The notes: generated by a model from the sequence alone, not told the origin. Positions 26,309 through 35,897 are shown, counted from the stretch's first letter. The stretch: 64,000 nucleotides of DNA from a virus (IMGVR_UViG_3300033068_001495:522-64521), one strand, 5' to 3'. Numbers and translations are program-made.

Positions 26309-26896
26309 ATGACGACGTGGGCGAGCACGGTTCTGAACCTGGCGATCGTGGCGAAGCTACGCCAGCTGCTGGAGCTGCCCGCCGGTGACGTGCTCCTCGT
26401 CGAGGACGGCGACGTGGGCGGGGTGATGGTCCCGCACGTGTCCGACGTGTGGGGACTGCCGATCGAGGGGTCGTGCCCGGGTCAGCAGGCCGTCGCCGAG
26501 ATGGGCTCCCGGCTGGTCACTTCGGACGACGCGACGGACATCGTGGTGGTCGACTGGCTGACTGACCAGGCCAACCGCCGCGGTTCGACCGTGATGATGC
26601 TGACCTCGGGGCGCCGGGTGCGGCTCGCTCCGGCGGAGGACGGCGCAGCGTTCGAGGGCCGCCAGCTGCGGTGGGGCGACTGGATCCGGACGCCGGGCGC
26701 GCCCGCGGGGTTCGCCAAGCTCGCGACCCGCGACCGGGTGAACGAGCTGGCCGACCGCGCCGACGGCATCGAGCGCGATCTCCTCGACTGGCTCGAAGAG
26801 CTGGGCTCGCGCACCGACCCCGACCACACCGACTGGGCGGCCGAGGTGTTCGTCGATCAGCTCATCGCGCTGCAGCGCGGGGAGGTGCGGGTGTGA
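26309..26896 (+). CDS. hypothetical protein
   Basis: 195 aa, host-like codon use, GTGA-coupled to the next gene. Confidence 0.6.
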   Translation: MTTWASTVLNLAIVAKLRQLLELPAGDVLLVEDGDVGGVMVPHVSDVWGLPIEGSCPGQQAVAEMGSRLVTSDDATDIVVVDWLTDQANRRGSTVMMLTSGRRVRLAPAEDGAAFEGRQLRWGDWIRTPGAPAGFAKLATRDRVNELADRADGIERDLLDWLEELGSRTDPDHTDWAAEVFVDQLIALQRGEVRV

Positions 26897-27306
26897 GTAA
26901 GCCGGGGCTCTCGAAGAAGCAGCGCAAGCGGGTCGGCCGGTACGTGCGCGACGTCGCCGATGGGCTCAACCTGCGCGACTGGACGTTCGAGATCATGCAC
27001 GAGCCGATCAGCTCGGACCAGCCCACTGCAGCGGCCATCACGACGACCTTCGGCCGCCACTTCGCCCAGATCGAGTTCAGCGCCCAGTTCCCGCACCTGC
27101 CGCCCCACACGCAGCGCGAGGTCATCGTTCACGAGGTGATCCACTGCTGGCTGCCATCGGCGCGCCCGCTGTACTGGGGCCTGGAGGAGCTGCTGGGGGA
27201 GCCGACGCTGACGGTGTTCAAGGCCGCGTACCGCCAAGAGGTGGAGCTTGTGGTCGACGGGCTGGCGAACGCGATCGCGCCGTCGTTCCCGCTGCCGAAG
27301 CTCTAG
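26893..27306 (+). CDS. HExxH zincin-like metalloprotein
   Basis: QREVIVHEVIHC followed by a distal Glu (EVELVVDGLA). Confidence 0.6.
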   Translation: MSKPGLSKKQRKRVGRYVRDVADGLNLRDWTFEIMHEPISSDQPTAAAITTTFGRHFAQIEFSAQFPHLPPHTQREVIVHEVIHCWLPSARPLYWGLEELLGEPTLTVFKAAYRQEVELVVDGLANAIAPSFPLPKL

Positions 27307-27605
27307 ATCCCGTGCGCCTTGGCGATGGCGTCGAGCCCGTCGAGGTTGCCCTCCGCCTGGAACGGGCCGACCACCGTGAAGTAGCTGAGCCCGCGGGTCA
27401 GCGTGCCGATGCGTGTCTCCGGATCGTCGCCGATGACGCCGTCGTCGAGCACGTCGCGTAGGTCGTCCGCGAGGTTGCCCTCACCGATCACCTGAGGGCC
27501 GGTGCCGTCGTCGCCGATGACCGCCAGGATGTCCGAGTGGCCGATGCCCTCGGGTGCTCCGAAGACTGCTGCGTAAGACAACACGGGGTCGAGTATCGCG
27601 CACAC
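27303..27605 (-). CDS. acidic hypothetical protein; the only convincing minus-strand gene (start uncertain)
   Basis: Fills an otherwise empty gap; stop overlaps the convergent TAG of the HExxH gene; plausible globular sequence. Confidence 0.5.
   Translation of the reverse strand: MCAILDPVLSYAAVFGAPEGIGHSDILAVIGDDGTGPQVIGEGNLADDLRDVLDDGVIGDDPETRIGTLTRGLSYFTVVGPFQAEGNLDGLDAIAKAHGI
27570..27582 (-). promoter_or_regulatory. 13-bp operator copy
   Basis: TGCGTAAGACAAC (reverse complement GTTGTCTTACGCA) in the divergent region upstream of the scaffold gene. Confidence 0.5.
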
Positions 27606-27724
27606 CGCGTGATCTGTGTGCTGTACTCACGGACGACGACACAACCGATTCCAGGACCGGACCGGGACAGGTAACCACGTGGGGACCGCCGCCGAGGACT
27701 GACGACGATGGGGGTGCGTGGAGG

Positions 27725-28546
27725 ATGAACATGCAGGCGATCTTGGACGAGATGCTGGAACCCGAGGGGACCAGGGTCATCGACGGGAAGCTCCGCTACT
27801 ACTGGGCCGACGGCACCACGTGCTTGGTCGTTCGAGGAGGCGCCACCGATGACGATGGCGACGACGACGACGACGGCGACGATGCCGACGGCGAAGAGGA
27901 TGCGGACGGCGAAGGCGACGACGACGGCGACGGTGCCGACGACGACGGTGATGCCGACGGTGATGGCGAAGACGGTGACGACGATGCCGCTGCGGAAGCA
28001 TGGGCAGAGGACATCACCGACCGGGTCATGGACCGTGTGGAGCGGCTGTTCGATCGCCGGATCACCCGGCTGATGAAGAAGCTGGAGAACCGCCGGGACG
28101 ACGATGACGACGATGACCGTGGCAGCAGGGGCTCACGCTCCCGCGGCAAGGGGAACCGTCAGCAGCGCCGGACCGAGCCCGACTTCTCAGTGCGTGAGGC
28201 CCGCCTGGCGGGCCAGGAACACATCCGCGAGGAGCTGCCACGTCTGACGGCTGCGGAACGGGAGATCGCTCGCGATCTGCTGACCGCGGCGATCGAGCGT
28301 GACGCCGACTCCGGAGACGACGAGGACGAGGTCGGTTTGGCCGCCGCGAAGACCGTCGTCAAGCGCATCCAGGCGATCCGCAAGACCGCCAAGACCAGCA
28401 AGCGATCATCCGCCAGCAGCAAGGCACCGGCGACACAACGCCGCCGGACCCCTTCCACCCGCAACCGGGATGCGAAGGCGGGCCTGAAGGCTGGCGCCAC
28501 ACGAGCGGCACGGTGGAACCCACCGGCCCCCAGCAGCAAGGAGTAG
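27725..28546 (+). CDS. capsid scaffolding protein
   Basis: RYYWADGTT..VVRGG N-terminus, Asp-rich tract, helical basic C-terminus; immediately before decoration and capsid genes (start 27725 or 27731). Confidence 0.75.
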   Translation: MNMQAILDEMLEPEGTRVIDGKLRYYWADGTTCLVVRGGATDDDGDDDDDGDDADGEEDADGEGDDDGDGADDDGDADGDGEDGDDDAAAEAWAEDITDRVMDRVERLFDRRITRLMKKLENRRDDDDDDDRGSRGSRSRGKGNRQQRRTEPDFSVREARLAGQEHIREELPRLTAAEREIARDLLTAAIERDADSGDDEDEVGLAAAKTVVKRIQAIRKTAKTSKRSSASSKAPATQRRRTPSTRNRDAKAGLKAGATRAARWNPPAPSSKE

Positions 28547-28549
28547 TCC

Positions 28550-28948
28550 ATGGGTGGAGGCGGCTTTCGGCCGTCGCTGAAGAACGAGTCCGACGACGGG
28601 CTCGGGTACGAGGCAGCGTTCCTCGCGTCCGAGCACATGATGAAGAAGCGTGGCGGCATCACCGTCGACGCTTCGACCGTCGGAGCGGACTCGAACGGCG
28701 ACAAGATCCTTCGAGCAGGCACGGTGATGGCCAAGGTGGACTCCACCGGCAAGTACCGCGCCTACCTCAACTCGCTCGACGCCGACGCCGGTGGCGTCGC
28801 ATCCGGCTTCCTGCTGGAGAGCATCAACCTCCGTGATGGTGATCAGATCTGCGGTCTGGTGATCCACGGTTCCGTCCTGTCCGCCCGAGTCTCCGGACTC
28901 GACTCCAATGCGCGCACCGATCTCGGTGAGCGCATCGTGTACCAGTAG
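28550..28948 (+). CDS. head decoration (cement) protein
   Basis: KILRAGTVMAK..STGKYRAY...GFLLE; located between scaffold and capsid genes. Confidence 0.75.
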   Translation: MGGGGFRPSLKNESDDGLGYEAAFLASEHMMKKRGGITVDASTVGADSNGDKILRAGTVMAKVDSTGKYRAYLNSLDADAGGVASGFLLESINLRDGDQICGLVIHGSVLSARVSGLDSNARTDLGERIVYQ

Positions 28949-28962
28949 GAGGACCGGAACAC

Positions 28963-30075
28963 ATGACCGCTCTCTACGAACTCGACGAGCTTCAGGGCCC
29001 CGAATTCCTCGGATTCATCCGGGCGATCGAGGAGCCCAACAACTTCCTCGGGACCAACTGGCTCCCGAACAAGACCGTCAACGACCTGGAGTTCGAGTAC
29101 ATCCTCGGCGCGACCCAGCAGCAGGTCATGGCGACGATCCTCGGCTGGGACTCCGAGGCTCCGCTCCACGCTCGCCAGCGTCAGGGCTCGCGCGTGTCCG
29201 GCGAACTCCCCCCGATCAAGCGCAAGGCGCGTTTCGGTGAGAAGACGCTGATCCGCTTCCTCCAGCCCCGCGCGGGATCGGCTGACGTGCAGCAGGCCAT
29301 CGACGACGTGCTGGACATGACCGTCGACCTGATCCGCTCGGTGCAGGCTCGTGCCGAGTGGCTGCGCATGCAGGCCCTCTCGGAGGACTCCGTCGTCTAC
29401 AACGCCGACGGTGTCATCTTCGACTTCAACTTCGGGATCACCGACGAGTTCCAGATCAACCTCGTGACCCAGCAGGACGGCAACGGTGACAGCGTCGCCT
29501 CCGCCTACGGGCCGGTGTGGACCGATCACGCGAACTCGACGCCGATCCAGGACATGATCACGATCTGCGACACGATCGAGGCCACGGGCAAGCCCCGTCC
29601 GGTCGAGTTCGTGGCGGGCACCGCGGCCATGGGGCACCTGCTCCAGTCGGCATCGGTGCGCGACATGATCCGTGGTTCGTCCGCCCCGGACATCATCCTC
29701 ACGACGCAGGAGTTGCAGGTCATCTTCGACCTCTACAACCTGCCGAAGCTGACCCCGTACTCGACGGTCCTCCAGATGGAGAACGCCGACGGGTCGATCA
29801 GCGACGTGCGGCCGATGGCGGCGAACAAGGCGTTCCTCGTGCCGGGTGGCGGTCCCATCGCCCCCGGGCAGTCGTCCATCGGTGCCACCCTGTGGGGCCC
29901 GACGGCCGAGTCCCGCGAGCTGATCGGCACGCCGCTCGTCACGGAGGCCCCTGGCATCTACGCCAAGACCTACGGCAAGGACGAGCCCCCGGAGGAGTAC
30001 GTCAAGGCCGCCGCGGTCCTGTTCCCATCGATGCCGGGAGCCGATCGCCTCGGCCAGATGACCCTCTGGTCGTGA
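28963..30075 (+). CDS. major capsid protein (lambda gpE-like family)
   Basis: GWDSEAPL, LPPIKRK, RAEWLRMQALS..V, DFNFG, WTD.ANSTPIQD, LWGPTAE, VKAAAVLFP; strong AGGAGG RBS. Confidence 0.88.
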   Translation: MTALYELDELQGPEFLGFIRAIEEPNNFLGTNWLPNKTVNDLEFEYILGATQQQVMATILGWDSEAPLHARQRQGSRVSGELPPIKRKARFGEKTLIRFLQPRAGSADVQQAIDDVLDMTVDLIRSVQARAEWLRMQALSEDSVVYNADGVIFDFNFGITDEFQINLVTQQDGNGDSVASAYGPVWTDHANSTPIQDMITICDTIEATGKPRPVEFVAGTAAMGHLLQSASVRDMIRGSSAPDIILTTQELQVIFDLYNLPKLTPYSTVLQMENADGSISDVRPMAANKAFLVPGGGPIAPGQSSIGATLWGPTAESRELIGTPLVTEAPGIYAKTYGKDEPPEEYVKAAAVLFPSMPGADRLGQMTLWS

Positions 30076-30093
30076 GTCTGGCGCTCTGAGTTC

Positions 30094-30135
30094 GGAACCC
30101 CCGGTGAGGCCTCGCAGCCACCCACCGGGGGTTCC
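30094..30135 (+). terminator. 13-bp stem hairpin after the capsid gene
   Basis: GGAACCCCCGGTG (30094-30106) / CACCGGGGGTTCC (30123-30135). Confidence 0.55.
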
Positions 30136-30187
30136 GTCGCGTCTGGGGTCGAGCCGCGCCGTGGGGCGGCCGTCTACCATCGGCGCC

Positions 30188-30610
30188 ATGGTCAAGGCGC
30201 GGCTCCACGACGGGCGACTCAGCAGCGGGCGCCGGGCCCGGGTCGCGACGGGCGAGCCCGTGTGCTGCGACCCGTGCGCCGACGACGGGCCAGCGATCAC
30301 GATCAACCCGACGATCACGGTGAAGATGCGCCAGCGCGACGGCTACACCGACGAGGGCGACAAGCGGTACGTGTGGTTCACGGTGGTCGAGGGTGAGGCG
30401 ATCCTGTGGGACGATCGCACCGAGGTGGATGGCTCGGCCGGGCTGACCGCGGTGAGCGCCGAAGCGACGATCCTGTACGACGGCCACGAGACGGTCGACG
30501 AGACGGCCGTCGTGCTCGTCGACGCGCAGGTGTACCGGGTGACGTCCGTCGCGCCGTGGCCCGATCGACTGGTGTTCCAGCTGGTGCGATCGTCCGACGC
30601 CGATGGCTAG
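30188..30610 (+). CDS. head-to-tail connector (stopper-like)
   Basis: Position; beta-rich with VDAQVYRVTSV; leaderless start after TACCAT (30175-30180). Confidence 0.55.
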   Translation: MVKARLHDGRLSSGRRARVATGEPVCCDPCADDGPAITINPTITVKMRQRDGYTDEGDKRYVWFTVVEGEAILWDDRTEVDGSAGLTAVSAEATILYDGHETVDETAVVLVDAQVYRVTSVAPWPDRLVFQLVRSSDADG

Positions 30611-31076
30611 GGGTTCGATGTCGCTCGACGACGGCGACCAGTTCGAGCGGTGGGCCCAGCTGTTCGAGGAGATCGGTCGGGGCCCCACCCCCGAGATGCG
30701 CGAGGAGTGGGCCGTCGCGGGCGAGATGTTCTTCGGCGAGTCCCAGTCGCAGGTCCATGTCCTGTCGGGGTTCCTGAAGGACTCCGGATCGTACGAGCTG
30801 TCCGAGGACCACGGCGACCTCGTCGTCGAGTTGACCTACGAAGCGTCGGCCGCTGATCTTGCCGCCGAGCGCGCACGCGCCGACGCGGCGGCTCGGGCCC
30901 GGAACCCACGGTGGAAGCCGAAGCGCAACCGGAAGCCCCCGACGAACTACGCCGAGTATGAGCACGAGCGCGGCGGCCAACACGCCTGGCTGAACAACTC
31001 GTTCGCCGTGTCAGCGCGCCGGTTCGAGCGGGCACTCGCCCGCGGGTATGAGAGGACGGTCAGACGATGGAGCTAG
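30603..31076 (+). CDS. HK97 gp10-like neck/tail-completion protein
   Basis: SQSQVHVLSGFLKDSG...YAEYEHERGGQHAWL. Confidence 0.7.
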   Translation: MARGSMSLDDGDQFERWAQLFEEIGRGPTPEMREEWAVAGEMFFGESQSQVHVLSGFLKDSGSYELSEDHGDLVVELTYEASAADLAAERARADAAARARNPRWKPKRNRKPPTNYAEYEHERGGQHAWLNNSFAVSARRFERALARGYERTVRRWS

Positions 31077-31564
31077 AAGCCGCGCTACGCCGCCAGCTGT
31101 TGTCGCTGCCCGTGGTCACCGGGTACGTCCAGGACAGGGTCTGGAAGTTCCGGCTGGAGGACGACATCGATGGCACCGGCCAGCGCGCCATCGTCGTGTC
31201 GCGCGCCGGTGGTTGGGCCTCTCCGTTGCCACGGAACACGCAGGAGTTCCCCGTCGCACGGATCCAGTTCTGGGCTGACCACACCCGCAACCCCGACGGC
31301 ACGATCGCCACCGAGGACGGCCAGACGTCCGCGTGGGCGATGTACCGGGCGACCGACCCGCTGTTCCACGGCGTGCGCGATGTGCGCTGGGGCGCCGACG
31401 GGGACGGCGAAGGCGGGATGTTCGTCATCGGGTGCTCCCGGTGGTCCGAACCGCGGGAGGACTCCGTTGCTGCGCTGGCGACGGGCCGCCCCGGGTCGAC
31501 CGACTCGGACCGGCTCGAAGCCGCGTGCGTCGTCGTCGACTATGCAGTCCAGGTGATCCACTGA
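31067..31564 (+). CDS. tail terminator protein
   Basis: Position; ALRRQLLSLPVV...RVW; VARIQFWA. Confidence 0.6.
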   Translation: MELEAALRRQLLSLPVVTGYVQDRVWKFRLEDDIDGTGQRAIVVSRAGGWASPLPRNTQEFPVARIQFWADHTRNPDGTIATEDGQTSAWAMYRATDPLFHGVRDVRWGADGDGEGGMFVIGCSRWSEPREDSVAALATGRPGSTDSDRLEAACVVVDYAVQVIH

Positions 31565-31583
31565 CCCCCGAGGAGGGGCTTCC

Positions 31584-32738
31584 ATGCGAGTGATGCTGTC
31601 CACCCAGTTCGACCGGTTCTCCGGGTACGGCAACGACGCCGTCGACATCGCGATCGGGCTGTCGAAGCTCGGTGTCGATGTGGTGCCGTGGCCGACGAAG
31701 ATCATCCCGGGCCTGCCCCGCGAGCTGACACGTCTGCTGGAGAAGGACCCGACCGGCGCGTACGACGTCGTGTTGTCGTTCGCTCCGCCGTTCGACGTCC
31801 ACCCCGACGAGTTGGTGCGGTTCGCCCCGAAGGCCGTCGGGTGGTCGATGTGGGAGACGAGCGCGATCACGACCGACGACCTGATGCACCACGGGTTCGG
31901 TGACCGCGCCGCGAACGTGGTGTACGACGACGAGGCCGACCCGGGCATCACGCACGAGTCCGACTACGTCGACCGGTGGTGGTCGTGGTCGAAGCACCGC
32001 AACCGCGACCACCGCGGGCTCGACCTGATGCTCGTCACCTGCCCGATGAACATCGACGCGTTCCACGCGGCCGACCCCGCGCTGCCGATCGAGGTGCTGC
32101 CATGCGGCGTCGACGTCGACAGGTTCGCCGAGATCGACCGTCCCACCGACCGGCCGATGCGGTTCGGGATGATCGGCATGCTCGCGGGCCGCAAGGACCC
32201 GATGACCATGATCGAGGCGTGGCGCCAACTGAAGGAGGAACACCCCGAGTTCGACGCGGTCCTCTCGATGAAGACGTCGTGCCCGGGCCTCCACCCGAAG
32301 CTCGTCGAGGTGTACCGCGACGTGGAGATCCACGACCGCGCGTGGACTCCCGATCAGGTGCTCGACTGGTACCACGGGATCGACGTGCTGGTGTCGGTCA
32401 GCCGCGGCGAGGGCAACAACAAACCGGCGATGGAGTTCATGGCCACCGGCGGCCCGGTCATCGCGACGAACTGGTCCGGTCACCAGAACTGGCTCTTCCC
32501 CGACTCGGGGTACCCGGTCGGTGGGGTGCTCCGCCCGGTGCACATGCACCGCGACGACGTGCTCGACTTCCGGGTCGACGTCGACGAGCTGAAGGCCACG
32601 ATCCTCCACACCTGGAAGGAGCGCCAGGAGGTGCGCCTGAAGGGCCAGCGCGCTGCCCGGCTGGTCCGCCAGTCCCTGAGCTGGGACGCCGTGTGTGCGA
32701 AGCTCGTCGGGGTCCTCGAACGGGTGGTCTACGGATGA
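31584..32738 (+). CDS. GT4-family (GT-B) glycosyltransferase
   Basis: SGYGN, LPCGVD, RKDP..MIEAW, DVLVSVSRGEGNNKPAMEFMATGGPVIATNWSG (ExxxxxxxE). Confidence 0.88.
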   Translation: MRVMLSTQFDRFSGYGNDAVDIAIGLSKLGVDVVPWPTKIIPGLPRELTRLLEKDPTGAYDVVLSFAPPFDVHPDELVRFAPKAVGWSMWETSAITTDDLMHHGFGDRAANVVYDDEADPGITHESDYVDRWWSWSKHRNRDHRGLDLMLVTCPMNIDAFHAADPALPIEVLPCGVDVDRFAEIDRPTDRPMRFGMIGMLAGRKDPMTMIEAWRQLKEEHPEFDAVLSMKTSCPGLHPKLVEVYRDVEIHDRAWTPDQVLDWYHGIDVLVSVSRGEGNNKPAMEFMATGGPVIATNWSGHQNWLFPDSGYPVGGVLRPVHMHRDDVLDFRVDVDELKATILHTWKERQEVRLKGQRAARLVRQSLSWDAVCAKLVGVLERVVYG

Positions 32739-32944
32739 GTGCGATGGTCGAGCTGCGCTGCGACGTGAACCCGTCCCGCCTGCTGGCCAAGGTCAACAAT
32801 CCGGTGATCGTCGAGGGCAACCTCATCGAGATCGCGTGTGACCACTGCAAGAAGTCCGCCCGCCGCGGTGACCCGACCGTCCGGCAGGTGCTCCACCGGT
32901 TCGACGTGACCGGCGAGCTGATCGAGAGCGAGGTCGTCAGGTGA
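32735..32944 (+). CDS. Mu Com-like zinc-finger protein
   Basis: ELRC...RLLAK....IEIACDHC. Confidence 0.55.
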   Translation: MSAMVELRCDVNPSRLLAKVNNPVIVEGNLIEIACDHCKKSARRGDPTVRQVLHRFDVTGELIESEVVR

Positions 32945-34749
32945 CGAACAGGTTCCCCCGCGTCGCCAGCGGTACGGACGAGCCGTCTTGGTACGGGCTG
33001 ACCATCGACGAGGTCCGGCAGCTGATCGTCGACTACTTCGAGGAGCACCCAGCGTTCGCCGGAGTGCACAACGATCTCGACGGGCGCGACGTGGCCGACG
33101 CGCACCCGATGAGCGCCATCCAAGGCCTCGTCGCAGCGCTCGCCGCCAAGGTCGGGATGATCTACACCGACTGGGGTCTGCACATCATCACGAACGATGT
33201 GTACCCGATCGCGGAGATCAACCCTGCGGTCAACTACTCGGCGTTCGACGTCGGCGGAGGCTTCGAGTTCTGGTCGATCCCGAGAACCGGTGTCACGGTC
33301 ACATGGATTCACGACGAGATGGACCGCACGAAGACCGGCATCTTCGTCCTCGACGCCGACGCGGGAACGTGTGAACGTCACCCCGACTTCCTCACCGCCA
33401 GGTCGCTGCAGAACCAGGACATCTTCACGATCACGTCGCGGAACCGCCCCGACGGCGCGCCCGCGACCAGTCCGCCGTGGCGCCCGATCAACTCGAAGGT
33501 CCGCACCGAAGACGCTCTCTCGGTCGGAGCGCCCGGCGAAGAAGTAGATGTCCTGGCCGGAGTAGTCGAGTGGTGGGTCGACGAGGCGCTCGACACCGAG
33601 ACGTTCAACGCGATCACCGGGTACCTGCAGTCTCAGATCGAGACCCTTCGCGTGAAGGTCGATGGCACCGCCCAAATCTTCGAACCTTCGATCTATCCCG
33701 GTGTCGGCCGTCCGCTCCTCATGGCCACTGACGGCGTCGATGGCACCGGCACCAAGGTGCGTCTGATCGAAGTCGCGTTGAGCGCGCCCGCCGCACCGGC
33801 TGTCGCTCCGCAGGTGGTCGACATCCCGGAAGGCTGGATTGACGCGGGGCTCGGCGAACTCAACATGTGGGAGTTCGCCGGGTTGCTCCTCGGCGGGTAC
33901 GGAGCCGCGGCCGACCCGGACAACACGAACACCGTCGTCATCCCCGGCGGCCCGTTCGCTCAGGTCTACCGGCCGACGGTCAGCGGCAGCAATGTCACCT
34001 GGAATCCGGCCGATTCTCCGGCGGGCCGCACCATCGCACTGTTCGACTTCTCCGACGCGGCGGCAGAGGCATTCGGCTCTCTGTGGATCGGCGTGCGCAC
34101 CAAGACCCGGTTCAAGACGATCGTTCCGAACATCGCCGACCTTCCCCATGAGATCGGTGACGGGCTCAGGATCAACACCGGCCATGAGCCGGAATGGGGT
34201 CCACACACTGCCGCTGGGGTCGACACGGACTCCACCGGGCTGACGGTCGTCACCGGCGACAACGTGCAAGAGCAGGTCGAGTCGATCGACGCTGCGCTCG
34301 CAGCAGCCAGCAGTGGCGGAGCACCGCCATGGCTGGTCAACATCGTCCCATGGGCCTCATGGGACGCGGCCACGACCGCCCCGACCCGCACCGCCGACTC
34401 GGCATCGTTCGGTGGTGGCTGGCTCGACATGCCGGTTTCGGGCGGTGCCGCGTCGATCGGTCGGACGGTGTCGTGGAAGGCCGTGTTGTCCGCTGGGACG
34501 TGGACGATCGACGCGCTCTCTACCGTCGGCGCCGCGCAGGGTGTCGCTGAGATCCTCATCGGCGGCGTCGTGGTCGGCACATGGGACCAGTACGCGGCGT
34601 CGACCACCCGGAACACGGTGGCGACGTTCTCCGGGATCTCCATTCCGACGACGGGGGTCTACACCCTCGCGGTCCGCGTGAAGTCGGCGGGCACCGGTGG
34701 CGGGTACACGCTCCGGGTGCAGAACCTCAGCCTCCGCCGCACCGCCTGA
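32941..34749 (+). CDS. minor virion or fibre protein with C-terminal beta-sandwich (CBM-like) domain
   Basis: 602 aa, Gly/Thr/Ala-rich C-terminus (WTIDALST...IGGVVVGTWDQY...LAVRVKS...VQNLSLRR). Confidence 0.55.
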   Translation: MTNRFPRVASGTDEPSWYGLTIDEVRQLIVDYFEEHPAFAGVHNDLDGRDVADAHPMSAIQGLVAALAAKVGMIYTDWGLHIITNDVYPIAEINPAVNYSAFDVGGGFEFWSIPRTGVTVTWIHDEMDRTKTGIFVLDADAGTCERHPDFLTARSLQNQDIFTITSRNRPDGAPATSPPWRPINSKVRTEDALSVGAPGEEVDVLAGVVEWWVDEALDTETFNAITGYLQSQIETLRVKVDGTAQIFEPSIYPGVGRPLLMATDGVDGTGTKVRLIEVALSAPAAPAVAPQVVDIPEGWIDAGLGELNMWEFAGLLLGGYGAAADPDNTNTVVIPGGPFAQVYRPTVSGSNVTWNPADSPAGRTIALFDFSDAAAEAFGSLWIGVRTKTRFKTIVPNIADLPHEIGDGLRINTGHEPEWGPHTAAGVDTDSTGLTVVTGDNVQEQVESIDAALAAASSGGAPPWLVNIVPWASWDAATTAPTRTADSASFGGGWLDMPVSGGAASIGRTVSWKAVLSAGTWTIDALSTVGAAQGVAEILIGGVVVGTWDQYAASTTRNTVATFSGISIPTTGVYTLAVRVKSAGTGGGYTLRVQNLSLRRTA

Positions 34750-34811
34750 CACCGCGTCGGCTGCGACGGCTCGCTACCCTTGCCAGAGCCGACCAACCAG
34801 GAGACACCGCG

Positions 34812-35798
34812 ATGAAGCAGATGCACCCGGCCGAGATCTTCATCCGCAACCTGTTCCGGTGGGCGGGGTGGTCGTTGCCTCCGGCGCCGGTGCTTCCTCC
34901 TCGCCCGTGGCACCCCGACGGCGACGCCGCGTTCTCGGCGGTGCCTCAGCGCAAGGTCGAGAAGTCGGCCGCGCACATCGCCCACATGAAGGCCGCTTCG
35001 GGCCGGTTCGTGTTCGACTCGGGGTCGGCCGTGCCCGAGTCCGATGGGGTGATCCGTGGCATCCGCACCAATCTCGCCACCGACAAGGACCCCTCGTTCG
35101 TGGTGTCGCGCGACGCCGGGCCGTGGAAGCTGTGGGTGAAGACCGGGTACACCGCGCCGTACGGGCTGAAGGTGCGCATCCCCGCCGACGCGATCCCGCA
35201 GGGCTACCCGATGAAGAACTACGCCGACCACAAGATGCACATCGTCGACGTCGCGTCGAGGGTCGTGATCGAGATCCAGTTCTGCGAGGAGCTGACCGGG
35301 CTGTTCGGCCCCGGCCAGCAGGCGTACAGCTGCCACGGCGTGAAGGTCTACTCATTGGACGTGCCGTCGACCGACCCGACAGTGCTCGGTTCGTCAGCGG
35401 CGCGGATCCCGTTGGCCGAGACGTCGGGCAGGTTCGACGACCTGATGGGCCCGCGCCCGTTCGTGCGTGCCCTGACGCTCGGGTGTCCGGCGGCGCACAA
35501 GTCGGAGTTCGTCGCGCCAGCGACCGGGACCGATGGGCCTTCGTCTGACCCCGACGCGATCCGGATGGGCATGGTGCTCCGGCTGCACCCGGAGGACTAC
35601 TCCGCGCTGATGGCGAAGTCGTCGACCGGCCCCCAGTCGCGCGCCGTGCTGCGCTGCCTGGCCGGACCAGGGCTCATCGTCGTGGACACATCGGCGAACA
35701 CGACGTTCGGTGTCGAGCCCGACGCACGCTGGAACCCGAAGGATCTTGCGACCATCAAGGCCCTCACGCTCGACCAGTTCGACGTCTACCAGCACTGA
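34812..35798 (+). CDS. hypothetical protein resembling a secreted bacterial beta-rich family
   Basis: DHKMHIVD...E, SSAARIPL, IRMGMVLRL, RAVLRCL..PGLIVVDT; GGAG RBS. Confidence 0.6.
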   Translation: MKQMHPAEIFIRNLFRWAGWSLPPAPVLPPRPWHPDGDAAFSAVPQRKVEKSAAHIAHMKAASGRFVFDSGSAVPESDGVIRGIRTNLATDKDPSFVVSRDAGPWKLWVKTGYTAPYGLKVRIPADAIPQGYPMKNYADHKMHIVDVASRVVIEIQFCEELTGLFGPGQQAYSCHGVKVYSLDVPSTDPTVLGSSAARIPLAETSGRFDDLMGPRPFVRALTLGCPAAHKSEFVAPATGTDGPSSDPDAIRMGMVLRLHPEDYSALMAKSSTGPQSRAVLRCLAGPGLIVVDTSANTTFGVEPDARWNPKDLATIKALTLDQFDVYQH

Positions 35799-35897
35799 GG
35801 GTCCCCCGAAGGAACCACCCGCTCTGACATGCTGTCGGACGTGACCCCTCCGAGGGGCGACCGGTAGACCCGAGCGGGTTGACCCCAGGAGACTCAC

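Noticed and set aside
27841-28130. GAC/GAT/GGC triplet repeats
   Set aside because: Low-complexity Asp/Gly coding in the scaffold protein
32735-32944. Com-like protein as a Mu com/mom regulatory pair
   Set aside because: No mom-like acetyltransferase is present, and Com-like fingers are common in siphovirus head-tail regions
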